This document shows, piece by piece, positions 1-7,589 of a DNA stretch of 18,194 nucleotides. A program made the translations under genes and the position numbers. Numbering within the stretch: position 1 is the stretch's first letter; every line of letters begins with the position of its first letter. The notes under the pieces were generated by a model, which saw only the letters and a list, made by a program, of their open reading frames with translations, was not told the origin of the DNA and made no database searches. Source of the stretch: a virus (Duplodnaviria > Heunggongvirae > Uroviricota > Caudoviricetes); the IMG/VR virus record IMGVR_UViG_3300029107_000044, positions 1 through 18,194 of that record, one strand, 5' to 3'.

Positions 1-489
1 ATGGCTACCAATCCGAGAGAACATGCCCGGCGAGTGCTGGAGACGTTCTGGCGTGGTCGGGACTTTCCTGTCGATCCTGCAAAAATCGCTAACGATATGG
101 GGATTGATGTTTTTATTGGCAAATTACCGGGCAATGTGTCTGGGGCTTTGATCAAGCAAAGGTGTCAGGATCCCGCAATCTTTCTTAACGCAGATGATAG
201 CAAGCCCCGGCAGCGCTTTTCGTGCGGACATGAACTCGGTCATTATATTGCCAGACTGGCAGATCAAAGTGACGTCTATGAGTACGCTGATTTTCGTGGT
301 GAAGAATCCAGGAGTGGAACTGATCCAGATGAAATCTTTGCGAATCAGTTTGCTGCTGAACTTCTTATGCCTATAGATGAAGTAAAAAGACTGCATTCTC
401 AGGGACATCCGAGCTATGTTATAGCACATCATTTCGGAGTGTCTGATGATGCGATCAATTTCCGTCTGAAGAATCTAAGGTTAGCCTGA
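1..489 (+). CDS. ImmA/IrrE-family (M78-like) zinc metallopeptidase; may be 5'-partial at the window edge
   Basis: 162-aa ORF with HEXXH motif (SCGHELGHY) and a downstream FAxxLLMP-type motif typical of ImmA/IrrE peptidases. ATG sits exactly at position 1, so the true start may lie upstream. Confidence 0.6.
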   Translation: MATNPREHARRVLETFWRGRDFPVDPAKIANDMGIDVFIGKLPGNVSGALIKQRCQDPAIFLNADDSKPRQRFSCGHELGHYIARLADQSDVYEYADFRGEESRSGTDPDEIFANQFAAELLMPIDEVKRLHSQGHPSYVIAHHFGVSDDAINFRLKNLRLA

Positions 490-500
490 TACATTGAGCT

Positions 501-968
501 ATGCAGCACGAGAACGATTCTGATAATGAATTCAGGTTGTCGGTATTCGATACCCTAAAGGGAACGCTGAACCAACATAGACAGATGGCTGAAGAGGGGC
601 GCGACGAACAGGCCTTTAAAAAAGATGAAGAGATCGAGAGTGAACATTTTGTCTATAGATCACGCACAAGGAGTGGCACAGATCATTCCGATGTGACACA
701 GGTTGGTTCGCTTGACCCTGAGCAACACAGAAAACAGCTCAGTAACAGAGATTTTGAAGGTGAGATTAAGTTAAAAAAGACCTATGGTATCTGGCTTTTG
801 TTTATTCTTGCCATCCAGTTGCTTGTTATGAATGCGGTGTTCATTGTGGTTGGATTTAAGACACTGGTATTTGATGCCTTAACATTGCAGCTGTACATGG
901 GGGGAACCTTAACAGAAGTGTTTGGGCTTGTTCTCGTAATCACGAAGTACCTCTTCAATCGAAAATAG
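501..968 (+). CDS. hypothetical membrane protein (acidic N-terminal region, about two C-terminal transmembrane helices)
   Basis: 155-aa ORF 12 nt after the peptidase stop, same strand. C-terminal hydrophobic stretches (IWLLFILAIQLLVMNAVFIVVGF; TEVFGLVLVITKYLF). No recognised family. Confidence 0.4.
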   Translation: MQHENDSDNEFRLSVFDTLKGTLNQHRQMAEEGRDEQAFKKDEEIESEHFVYRSRTRSGTDHSDVTQVGSLDPEQHRKQLSNRDFEGEIKLKKTYGIWLLFILAIQLLVMNAVFIVVGFKTLVFDALTLQLYMGGTLTEVFGLVLVITKYLFNRK

Positions 969-1002
969 CCCCATTGGTTGATTTGGGGCCTTTGCTATTT
1001 CA

Positions 1003-2013
1003 TTACCCTTCTTTTTTGACTAATGGCAGATCCAGTGTTGGTGTGATTTTCGTTTTCCGGTCATAAACTAGCACTTGCGCTTCAGTCTTATGTCCAGAGA
1101 AAAGCTGTTTGTCCCGACTGCTTCCCTCATAGTCTGAAATCCCTTTAGCCTTAAGATCATGAAAGGTGAAGTCGGTTAAAATACCTGAAATTTTGCCTGC
1201 GCGATTTCTTGCTTCTACCCACATTTCGTTAAAGCCTTTGTACATATATCGGTTGCCGTATTGATTGCTGATTACATAGGCGGATGTTGGTAACTGTTTT
1301 GCTTTTTCGATCGCCGCCTGTAATCGTGGACTCCATGCTTTTATCTGTTTTTTCCCTGTTTTCCCTTGCTGGATAAAGATCCCGTCGTTTCCAATCTGCT
1401 CCCATTTCAGCGATAACACATCGGAAACCCTCGCTGCACACAGATAGGCAATTTCCATTGCGATAAAAACAGGAAGAGGTGCAACGCTTAATACTGCCTG
1501 GTATTCTTTATCAGTTACATATCGTTCGCGGTTTTTGGCCTTGAATTTACTTACACCTGCACATGGGTTACTCTTCACGTACCCTCGCTCATACCCCCAA
1601 CTGTAAACGCGGGACATACTGCTTTTTTCATGGTTGGCTTGCGTTTTACTCTGTTCCCCTCTCTTGTCCATGTATCGACGGATGTGTTCTGGTTTTATGG
1701 AATCTGCCTGCACCTTACCGAATACGGCAAGCAACTTTTTTTGATGTTGCAGATAATCTTTTTGTGTTCTTGGACTGAGGTCACTGTAATAGGCGCTGGC
1801 GAGGAATTTTTCCCACAAGCGACCGAATGTCATTGCGCGATCGCGATTATTTACAGTTTCCTCATACTTTTTCCATAAAGCAGCTAAACCATCCTTGATG
1901 GCGGTTAGTGTGACAGATTCTCTGGATGTTGGTTTCCATACATAACTATATTTATTTGGGTATACATTTGGAGGTAGTTTTTCGTGTTCAGGATTTTTCC
2001 TTCGTCTTCCCAT
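1003..2013 (-). CDS. int: phage tyrosine integrase (lambda Int-like)
   Basis: 336-aa ORF. N-terminus MGRRRKNPEHEKLPPNVY resembles lambda Int MGRRRSHERRDLPPNLY; C-terminus GHKTEAQVLVYDR resembles the lambda Int catalytic-Tyr region (LGHKSDTMASQYRDDR). Confidence 0.9.
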   Translation of the reverse strand: MGRRRKNPEHEKLPPNVYPNKYSYVWKPTSRESVTLTAIKDGLAALWKKYEETVNNRDRAMTFGRLWEKFLASAYYSDLSPRTQKDYLQHQKKLLAVFGKVQADSIKPEHIRRYMDKRGEQSKTQANHEKSSMSRVYSWGYERGYVKSNPCAGVSKFKAKNRERYVTDKEYQAVLSVAPLPVFIAMEIAYLCAARVSDVLSLKWEQIGNDGIFIQQGKTGKKQIKAWSPRLQAAIEKAKQLPTSAYVISNQYGNRYMYKGFNEMWVEARNRAGKISGILTDFTFHDLKAKGISDYEGSSRDKQLFSGHKTEAQVLVYDRKTKITPTLDLPLVKKEG

Positions 2014-2216
2014 CAGATTGCACCAAAATTCGGCTCTACCTCGCGTGGTGGTAAAGTTTTATTGCAGGTAAATAGATCCCGGCTGACAATCGGTTTGCCA
2101 CTACGATTGGTATAGAACGGAAGCCCGTTTTCCGTTAACCATTTTCGCTGGTGGCTTGCATATTTGCAGCCCGTTAATATTAGCAATTCATCTTCGGTTA
2201 AAAATAAGCTGCTCAT
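2013..2216 (-). CDS. excisionase-like protein (Xis)
   Basis: 67-aa ORF directly upstream of int on the same strand, its end overlapping the int start codon. Position and size fit a lambdoid xis; sequence family not verified. Confidence 0.5.
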   Translation of the reverse strand: MSSLFLTEDELLILTGCKYASHQRKWLTENGLPFYTNRSGKPIVSRDLFTCNKTLPPREVEPNFGAI

Positions 2217-2274
2217 AGCTATATCTCATAACCGCCGCTAACTATATACGGTTAGCGGCAATTAGGGTTGAACA

Positions 2275-4749
2275 TTAAAAATCAGCCTGACTCGGGATCA
2301 GTTTTTGCCAGATAGCTGAAACGTATTTTGCCTGGTAACGGGCGTCATCAAGTGCATTGTGGCGCTCACCTTCGAATGGAATATCCGTTCTGGCATCGAA
2401 GTTCAGGGCTTTTCCCAGCTCAACGATTGTGCGCACATCGCGATCGTTGCAATAACGCCACGGGCAGGGGATCCCCTGCCGTTCGTATGAACGGCGTAAA
2501 ATCACGTTGTCGAAGTTGGCTCCATTTCCCCAGACCTGAACAAAAAACTCACCGGAGTTTTCATCGATAAATTCCCGCAATTGCAGCAATGCATCATCTA
2601 ACGGGATTTCATCGGTCAGAATGGCAGATTGCGCCTCGCGTGATTGCTTAAGCCACCATTTAATGACGTCACGATCAATGACTCCGCCAGCAGTATCCAG
2701 ATCGATGGTCTTGCTAAATTCCGGCCCCATCTCTCCGGTTTCGGGATCAAAGAATTTACCGCCAATAGAGTTGATTGGCGCATCAGGATTTGTTCCCATC
2801 GTTTCAAGATCGATCATCAGATGGTGCCACACCCGGCTGGTGGATGTGATAACGTGATGACCGTTCACCGCAATTAAGGGATCTGTCGCCTCGCCAGTTT
2901 CACTATCGCTGGCGTGGCCCTGAGCGCTTCCCGCATTCTCCTTGTGTGGATGTTCAGCGCCTTCCATTTTCTCCGAATCGTCTTCCTGAACTTCGACCTG
3001 ATTCTCGTCATCGAACGTTTCCTGGTATGTTGCGTCACCCATCACCGCGCCACAATCAGGGCAGTTGCCGCCACCGCTCTTACCGCAGGCGGTGCAGATC
3101 TTTTCCGGTTCCTGTTGCGCTACTGGTTCGGATTGTTTCGTTTCTGGCTCGTTTTGTTGCGTATTTGGGCTGTTTTGCTCCGCTTTCTGGTCGTTCTGTT
3201 CCGTTTCTTGCTGGTTCTGGTTCACAGAATCGCGGGTTTCAATTCCCTTCACCCACTTCGGATCATTCGGGTCGCTAATCCCTGCAACAAATTCTCCGCG
3301 AGAGGCAGCAAGCAACTGATTGGCGTCAGGCTGGCTGATATTGGCTGCCTGCATAATTTTGTTTACTTCGTCAGCGGTAACTTTTACCGGCTCTGGTTGT
3401 GCTGCCGTGTCAGACGCACCAGTATTTTGTTGTGAGCCTGAGTATGTGCCGTTTTTACGGGCAAAATATTCTTCTTTCGTGATTTCAGTAGCCCCGGCAG
3501 CCAGCGCCTTTTCCAGACCTGAAAGTTTGTTTGCACGACCGTATTTTTCGCCATCCTTATCTGTGAAGAGGAAGTAGAACGGCCCCTCACGCTCTACAGA
3601 TGGTTCGACTTCCACTTCGCATTCGGTTTTTTCGTTGTCCGGCATTGCCGTTTCCACTGCATCAGTTTCAGGTACTGGCGACGGGAGAGTATCAGTTGTG
3701 CTCTGATTTGTTCCTTCATCTTCAAATACGCCCTTTGTAGTCAGGTAGTCAGTGATGTATTTGTTCAGTGCCACAGGGTCTTTGTGAATGTCGATCGGAC
3801 GTTCACGGACAAGGCCAAAAATAGTCTGACGGTCGTAACGAATGGCATCAGGCTGTTTGCGCATTGATGCAGAAATACGCTTCCAGTCTTCGCGATCGTT
3901 CTCGATAACTTCATTTTTTGCCCAGCGATGGATGCTGCCGTCAATGTTTCCGGCATCAATGTCACCAGGCCACAGAGAGTAGGCCAGCTCTTCATCCAGC
4001 GTTTTCCATGTCTGCTTGTATTCGCGACGAATGGCAGTAGTGACAGGGTTGATTTTTTCTGCTGAGTTTTCAGTGTGCTGTCGGTTGACTCTGGCGCGGG
4101 CAAGATCAACAACAGAAGTATATGCACCACCTTCTTTGCGATCCTTTTCCTGGCGTTTTTTACGGTCGAGAAAATATGCCTGAACGTCGGGCCATTTGGC
4201 GGTTGGTTTTAAATCATGTCTGGCATCGTTGATGTATTCAATCTGACGTTCCGGATACATGGCGTTAATTTCTTTAGTCCGGATAATTGCTTCTGCGAGG
4301 TGTCCGTCAAAGGTCATCATGTCGTCATCACCAAGAAGCCCGCTTGCGTTGATGACCATATCCACGGTGACGTTTTCATGTGTGCCGAACTTAACGAGGA
4401 CAGCGGCCTGCTTGTCGTCGGATAACTGGTTAAAGTTAACAATTTCTGTATTCGGCTCTGGTTCGACCGGAACAAAGGAAGCGGATTCCTCATCCCAGCG
4501 GTTTTCCTGCATATATTCGGTATCCCAGGAATCAAGGGCGGGGCGGGCCATGCCGGGTTTATCCTCGCAGACAAGAAATTTATAAGCACAGTCCTGAGCA
4601 GCCGGATATTGCTCCAGGAATTGCCAGGTAAATTTGGCGCGGGCGCGGCGTTCGTCACCGGCTTCAATGGCAGTGGCTACAGCAACTGCACCTTCTTCCT
4701 TAATTGCCTGTTCGTCCGGAATGGCGGCGCAAATAAAGACTTTACTCAT
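2275..4749 (-). CDS. prophage exonuclease (exodeoxyribonuclease VIII / RecE-like linker with C-terminal DEDDh-type 3'-5' exonuclease domain)
   Basis: 824-aa ORF. Central segment (LLAASRGEF..GISDPNDPKWVKGI..CTACG..GGGNCPDCGAVMGDATYQETFD) closely matches the linker/zinc-ribbon region of Rac RecE as I recall it. C-terminal ~180 aa has DnaQ-like exonuclease motifs (MIDLETMG, HNALDDARY). Confidence 0.8.
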   Translation of the reverse strand: MSKVFICAAIPDEQAIKEEGAVAVATAIEAGDERRARAKFTWQFLEQYPAAQDCAYKFLVCEDKPGMARPALDSWDTEYMQENRWDEESASFVPVEPEPNTEIVNFNQLSDDKQAAVLVKFGTHENVTVDMVINASGLLGDDDMMTFDGHLAEAIIRTKEINAMYPERQIEYINDARHDLKPTAKWPDVQAYFLDRKKRQEKDRKEGGAYTSVVDLARARVNRQHTENSAEKINPVTTAIRREYKQTWKTLDEELAYSLWPGDIDAGNIDGSIHRWAKNEVIENDREDWKRISASMRKQPDAIRYDRQTIFGLVRERPIDIHKDPVALNKYITDYLTTKGVFEDEGTNQSTTDTLPSPVPETDAVETAMPDNEKTECEVEVEPSVEREGPFYFLFTDKDGEKYGRANKLSGLEKALAAGATEITKEEYFARKNGTYSGSQQNTGASDTAAQPEPVKVTADEVNKIMQAANISQPDANQLLAASRGEFVAGISDPNDPKWVKGIETRDSVNQNQQETEQNDQKAEQNSPNTQQNEPETKQSEPVAQQEPEKICTACGKSGGGNCPDCGAVMGDATYQETFDDENQVEVQEDDSEKMEGAEHPHKENAGSAQGHASDSETGEATDPLIAVNGHHVITSTSRVWHHLMIDLETMGTNPDAPINSIGGKFFDPETGEMGPEFSKTIDLDTAGGVIDRDVIKWWLKQSREAQSAILTDEIPLDDALLQLREFIDENSGEFFVQVWGNGANFDNVILRRSYERQGIPCPWRYCNDRDVRTIVELGKALNFDARTDIPFEGERHNALDDARYQAKYVSAIWQKLIPSQADF

Positions 4750-4872
4750 TTTGTTTTAACCTCATTACAGATTTAAGGGTGAACAAATCCCTGCCATTGC
4801 TGGCATATAAGAATCAAATCTGATGTATTCATTAAGCTGAATGTCGTATTGTGGCAGTTATTTTATTACTGC

Positions 4873-5094
4873 TCACCATGACTCTGCTTTTACAGGTAAA
4901 CCATCACGACCAAGGAAGACTTTAATCATGGTTTCCTTAATACAGTGTTGTGTGGAAAAATCACGAATATAGAGCCGTTGTTTTTTAATGTTGTTTACCG
5001 AAGCAATATATGTTCTTCCTTTATGAATAACATAATCACCGGGAGTCACGCACTGACGAGGAATCTCATCAGTTCCGAAGTGATGAGCAATCAT
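4873..5094 (-). CDS. hypothetical protein at the dicB position of the operon (not DicB-like)
   Basis: ORF-track 77-aa ORF; a GGAG RBS precedes the second in-frame ATG (5094), giving 73 aa. Lies downstream of DicF in the same operon direction; no similarity to K-12 DicB recognised. Confidence 0.4.
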   Translation of the reverse strand: MIAHHFGTDEIPRQCVTPGDYVIHKGRTYIASVNNIKKQRLYIRDFSTQHCIKETMIKVFLGRDGLPVKAESW

Positions 5095-5268
5095 AATTAT
5101 CTCCATTTTTACAAATGAACTTTGTTGATGCGGTGCCTGGTGCCTCCAGGTGACGTTAACCAGTTAACAATTAACGCCGGATACAGAGAATCCACCCATA
5201 ACACAGTTTTCTGTTTTAACTGTTCCGCGTGCGCTCAGCCGCATTCACCACATCACAAAATTCACTTT

Positions 5269-5326
5269 AAAAAGGGCGGCAGAGCAGTCACGGAGTAAAA
5301 CTGATACCGCCAAACGTCACCAGAAA
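5269..5326 (-). ncRNA. dicF: DicF small regulatory RNA (cell-division inhibitor sRNA targeting ftsZ mRNA)
   Basis: Minus-strand sequence TTTCTGGTGACGTTTGGCGGTATCAGTTTTACTCCGTGACTGCTCTGCCGCCC followed by TTTTT matches DicF as I recall it, including its intrinsic terminator. Synteny downstream of ydfC supports it. Confidence 0.85.
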
Positions 5327-5666
5327 ATTGATAACAGAGGGCGTTGCAGCGGGGTTGTCACTTAAGCGTATGGTCAACCTGACAACCCGGTGTCCTCAAC
5401 GGGGAAGGAATAACCCCGCCATACTTACCGCCGCGCCATTTCGCGGGTTGCCACAACCGGAAGCGCACGGTCGACGAAAATTTAACGACAGGCTATCTAT
5501 GAACCAGCTACCTCGCCGTGCGCTTTCGCGTTATGGTCTGACTTTTCAGGGAAATATCCTTTCAGTAAACTGTCAGTGCCGGATGCTCACCCGTGTCCGG
5601 CGCACGCACTCCACCTCACCCGTGGAGAACTCCTTAATTACCAACCTTAGCTTCGTTGGTTAGCTA

Positions 5667-5885
5667 TTAACGCGGGTATGTAATCATTCTGGCAATGCTT
5701 AATGCCGCTGCTTTTTCCAGATTGGTGATATCCTGCTCCAGAGAGAACAGATTTTCAGCCTGCTTAGCCCTGGCTTCATTAGCCCATTTCAGATCCTGCG
5801 CTGCATTAATTTTCTGGTGCATCCACTCATAAAGTTCATCATCGGTATAGTCTGGCGCGATGATAACGGGTTCTCGTTTCTGCAT
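5667..5885 (-). CDS. ydfC: YdfC-like prophage protein
   Basis: 72-aa ORF with AGGAA RBS before the ATG. Length and position (third gene after dicA, just upstream of DicF) match K-12 Qin ydfC (72 aa). Confidence 0.6.
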   Translation of the reverse strand: MQKREPVIIAPDYTDDELYEWMHQKINAAQDLKWANEARAKQAENLFSLEQDITNLEKAAALSIARMITYPR

Positions 5886-5914
5886 ACTGATTCCTTGCGG
5901 TGCTGTTTCGCTTA

Positions 5915-6043
5915 TCAGCCGTTAGATTTTGCCGAACTGGAAAGCGCCTGTTTAAATTCGCTGAAGCTGAGAGCTTCTTCGCCTTCGGCAAGGCCTTCGA
6001 AGTATTCTTCGTAAGCCTTTTCCATGATTGTGTCGAAATCCAT
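5915..6043 (-). CDS. ydfB: YdfB-like small protein (42 aa)
   Basis: Hand-translated ORF below the track's 60-aa cutoff: MDFDTIMEKAYEEYFEGLAEGEEALSFSEFKQALSSSAKSNG. Sits between the ydfA-like and ydfC-like genes; length matches K-12 ydfB (42 aa). Confidence 0.5.
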   Translation of the reverse strand: MDFDTIMEKAYEEYFEGLAEGEEALSFSEFKQALSSSAKSNG

Positions 6044-6044
6044 A

Positions 6045-6200
6045 TCACCCACCTGAATTTCTTTCCAGCCAGCGACGCGCTCCAGATTCGGTTTTAAACG
6101 TTTTGCTTTTGGTATACGTCATTGCGGTGAACGTGCCGTCCTGGTTTGGAAACACGCCGTACACCAGAGATTCGTTGTTGCCAAGATCGATAGTATCCAT
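6045..6200 (-). CDS. ydfA: YdfA-like small protein (51 aa)
   Basis: Internal ATG at 6200 with a GAGG RBS 5 nt upstream gives MDTIDLGNNESLVYGVFPNQDGTFTAMTYTKSKTFKTESGARRWLERNSGG (51 aa). First gene downstream of dicA; length matches K-12 ydfA. Confidence 0.5.
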   Translation of the reverse strand: MDTIDLGNNESLVYGVFPNQDGTFTAMTYTKSKTFKTESGARRWLERNSGG

Positions 6201-6314
6201 GCTGACCTCATTTCCCCTTAACGCCGGGGTAGCGGAACTGTTTGCTGAGAACACCGTGCGGTGTCTTGATGGAAAATAATTTAGAATAACCTAACATGAG
6301 AGGCAAGTGTTTTT

Positions 6315-6332
6315 TGTTAGATTGATCTAACA
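6315..6332. promoter_or_regulatory. 18-bp palindromic operator TGTTAGA-N4-TCTAACA upstream of the ydfA-dicF operon (putative DicA operator at the dicB-operon promoter)
   Basis: Perfect inverted repeat TGTTAGATTGATCTAACA between the dicA stop and the ydfA start. A second copy with identical arms lies at 6826-6843. Confidence 0.55.
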
Positions 6333-6368
6333 AAAAGGGTGGGCGCAACTAATCACTTGAAAAGAATG

Positions 6369-6776
6369 TTATTTTATTGATTTATTTTTACGCGCTTTAA
6401 GCATTTCTTCGAAGAGTTTGTTGAAGTTTTCTACTCTTGCGCGCATTTCAGACAGCAAGGCTTCCTGCTCGGAAGATGGAAGAGCATCGAATAATTCGAT
6501 CAATTCTTTGTGGTTGGGAGTTAGCTCTGTTTCCACATGAAGTTCTTGTGCAGGCACTGGTGCCTTGTCTTCGTCACCAAACATTAGCCATGTAGGTGAG
6601 CACTTCAGAGCATCCGCTAAAGCAAACAATCGTTTTCCGACTGGCTGGGTTTCGTCTCTTTCCCATTGTGAAATTGTGACGTGAGCAACTCCAGCGAGGC
6701 GCGCGGCTTCTCGTTGTGTTAAGCGTAATTCTTTTCGTCGCGCCAGAACTCGCTGGCCCAGGGTTCTTGTATCCAT
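6369..6776 (-). CDS. dicA: DicA-like HTH (XRE-family) repressor
   Basis: 135-aa ORF with an N-terminal XRE-type helix-turn-helix (LRLTQREAARLAGVAHVTISQWE) and no S24 peptidase domain. Length and divergent arrangement with a cro-like gene match K-12 dicA (135 aa). Confidence 0.8.
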   Translation of the reverse strand: MDTRTLGQRVLARRKELRLTQREAARLAGVAHVTISQWERDETQPVGKRLFALADALKCSPTWLMFGDEDKAPVPAQELHVETELTPNHKELIELFDALPSSEQEALLSEMRARVENFNKLFEEMLKARKNKSIK

Positions 6777-6798
6777 AGTTAGGTAATTCTAATTTTTC

Positions 6799-6843
6799 TT
6801 GACTTAGGTATCCCGCGCACAATAATGTTAGAAAAGTCTAACA
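6799..6843 (+). promoter_or_regulatory. divergent dicA/dicC control region: sigma-70 promoter (TTGACT-N17-ATAATG) overlapping an operator palindrome
   Basis: TTGACT at 6799-6804, 17-nt spacer, ATAATG at 6822-6827. Palindrome TGTTAGAAAAGTCTAACA at 6826-6843 overlaps the -10 and precedes the dicC RBS (GAGGGGG). Confidence 0.55.
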
Positions 6844-6856
6844 AGAGGGGGATTTG

Positions 6857-7084
6857 ATGCTTAAAGTTGACGCAATTACTTTTTTTGGCAGCAAAACAAA
6901 GCTTGCCAATGCCGCAGGAGTGAGGCTGGCAAGTGTTGCTGCTTGGGGGATACTGGTTCCTGAAGGTCGCGCGATGCGTCTACAGGAGGCATCTGGCGGG
7001 GAGCTTCAGTATGATCCCAAAGTTTATGATGAATATCGTAAGACGAAGCGGGCGGGGCGGTTGAACAATGAAAATCACTCCTGA
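6857..7084 (+). CDS. dicC: DicC/Cro-like small DNA-binding regulator (YdaS-like)
   Basis: 75-76-aa ORF divergent from dicA with a strong RBS. The track starts at TTG 6854; ATG 6857 is the likelier start. Length and position match K-12 dicC (76 aa). Confidence 0.65.
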   Translation: MLKVDAITFFGSKTKLANAAGVRLASVAAWGILVPEGRAMRLQEASGGELQYDPKVYDEYRKTKRAGRLNNENHS

Positions 7085-7589
7085 ACAGGCTCGTGAGGCT
7101 CTGGATGCCTGGATATGTCGACCAGGAATGACACAGGAGCAGGCGACGATATTAATCACTGAAGCATTCTGGGCTTTGAAAGAGCGCCCGAACATCGATG
7201 TTCAGCGTGTCACAGATGAAGGTGGCGCGGTTGATCAGCGAGCGCTTGGTGTTAATCGAGTGAAGATATTCGAACGCTGGAAGGCTATCGACACCAGGGA
7301 TAAGCGTGAAAAGTTCACGGCGCTAGTGCCTGCGATTATGGAGGCTATCCGGATTAGTGATTTCAGGTTGTATCGTGAAATTACTGACGGAAAAAGCATC
7401 ACGTGCATGATCGCCGGGTTAAACAAAGAATATGGCGATGTGGTGGAGTCCGGACTGCTTTTTGCTGATCCTGCCGTAGTGGATCGTGAAACTGACGAAC
7501 TTATAGAAAAAGCAATTGCTTTCAAGCTTGCGTATCGACAGCAATACCAACAAAAAGCTGGATGGAATTATGAGCCTTCTTTTTGCTGA
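7068..7589 (+). CDS. YdaT-like protein (CII-position regulator/toxin-domain family)
   Basis: 173-aa ORF overlapping the dicC end. Segment KIFERWKAIDTRDKREKFTALVPAIMEAI resembles the Rac YdaT sequence as I recall it. Confidence 0.55.
   Translation: MKITPEQAREALDAWICRPGMTQEQATILITEAFWALKERPNIDVQRVTDEGGAVDQRALGVNRVKIFERWKAIDTRDKREKFTALVPAIMEAIRISDFRLYREITDGKSITCMIAGLNKEYGDVVESGLLFADPAVVDRETDELIEKAIAFKLAYRQQYQQKAGWNYEPSFC

Noticed and set aside
969-1002. Possible attL core or tRNA gene next to the integrase end
   Set aside because: No tRNA-like cloverleaf or obvious repeat is recognisable in the 34-bp gap; the attachment site cannot be defined without the other prophage end.
2328-3577. Several plus-strand ORFs of 77-173 aa (for example 2914-3435 and 2946-3278) inside the exonuclease gene
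   Set aside because: They are antisense to a well-supported 824-aa gene and have low-complexity, Arg/Leu/Phe-rich composition typical of shadow ORFs.
5328-5663. 111-aa plus-strand ORF between DicF and ydfC
   Set aside because: It is on the strand opposite to the operon, has an arginine-rich non-protein-like sequence and lies in a GC-rich leader; treated as non-coding.
5839-6097. Track ORFs 5839-6048 (-) and 5900-6097 (+), each about 65-69 aa
   Set aside because: Both overlap the hand-called ydfB-like (42 aa) and ydfC-like genes in other frames and have odd composition. The in-frame ATG with RBS context supports the shorter genes instead.
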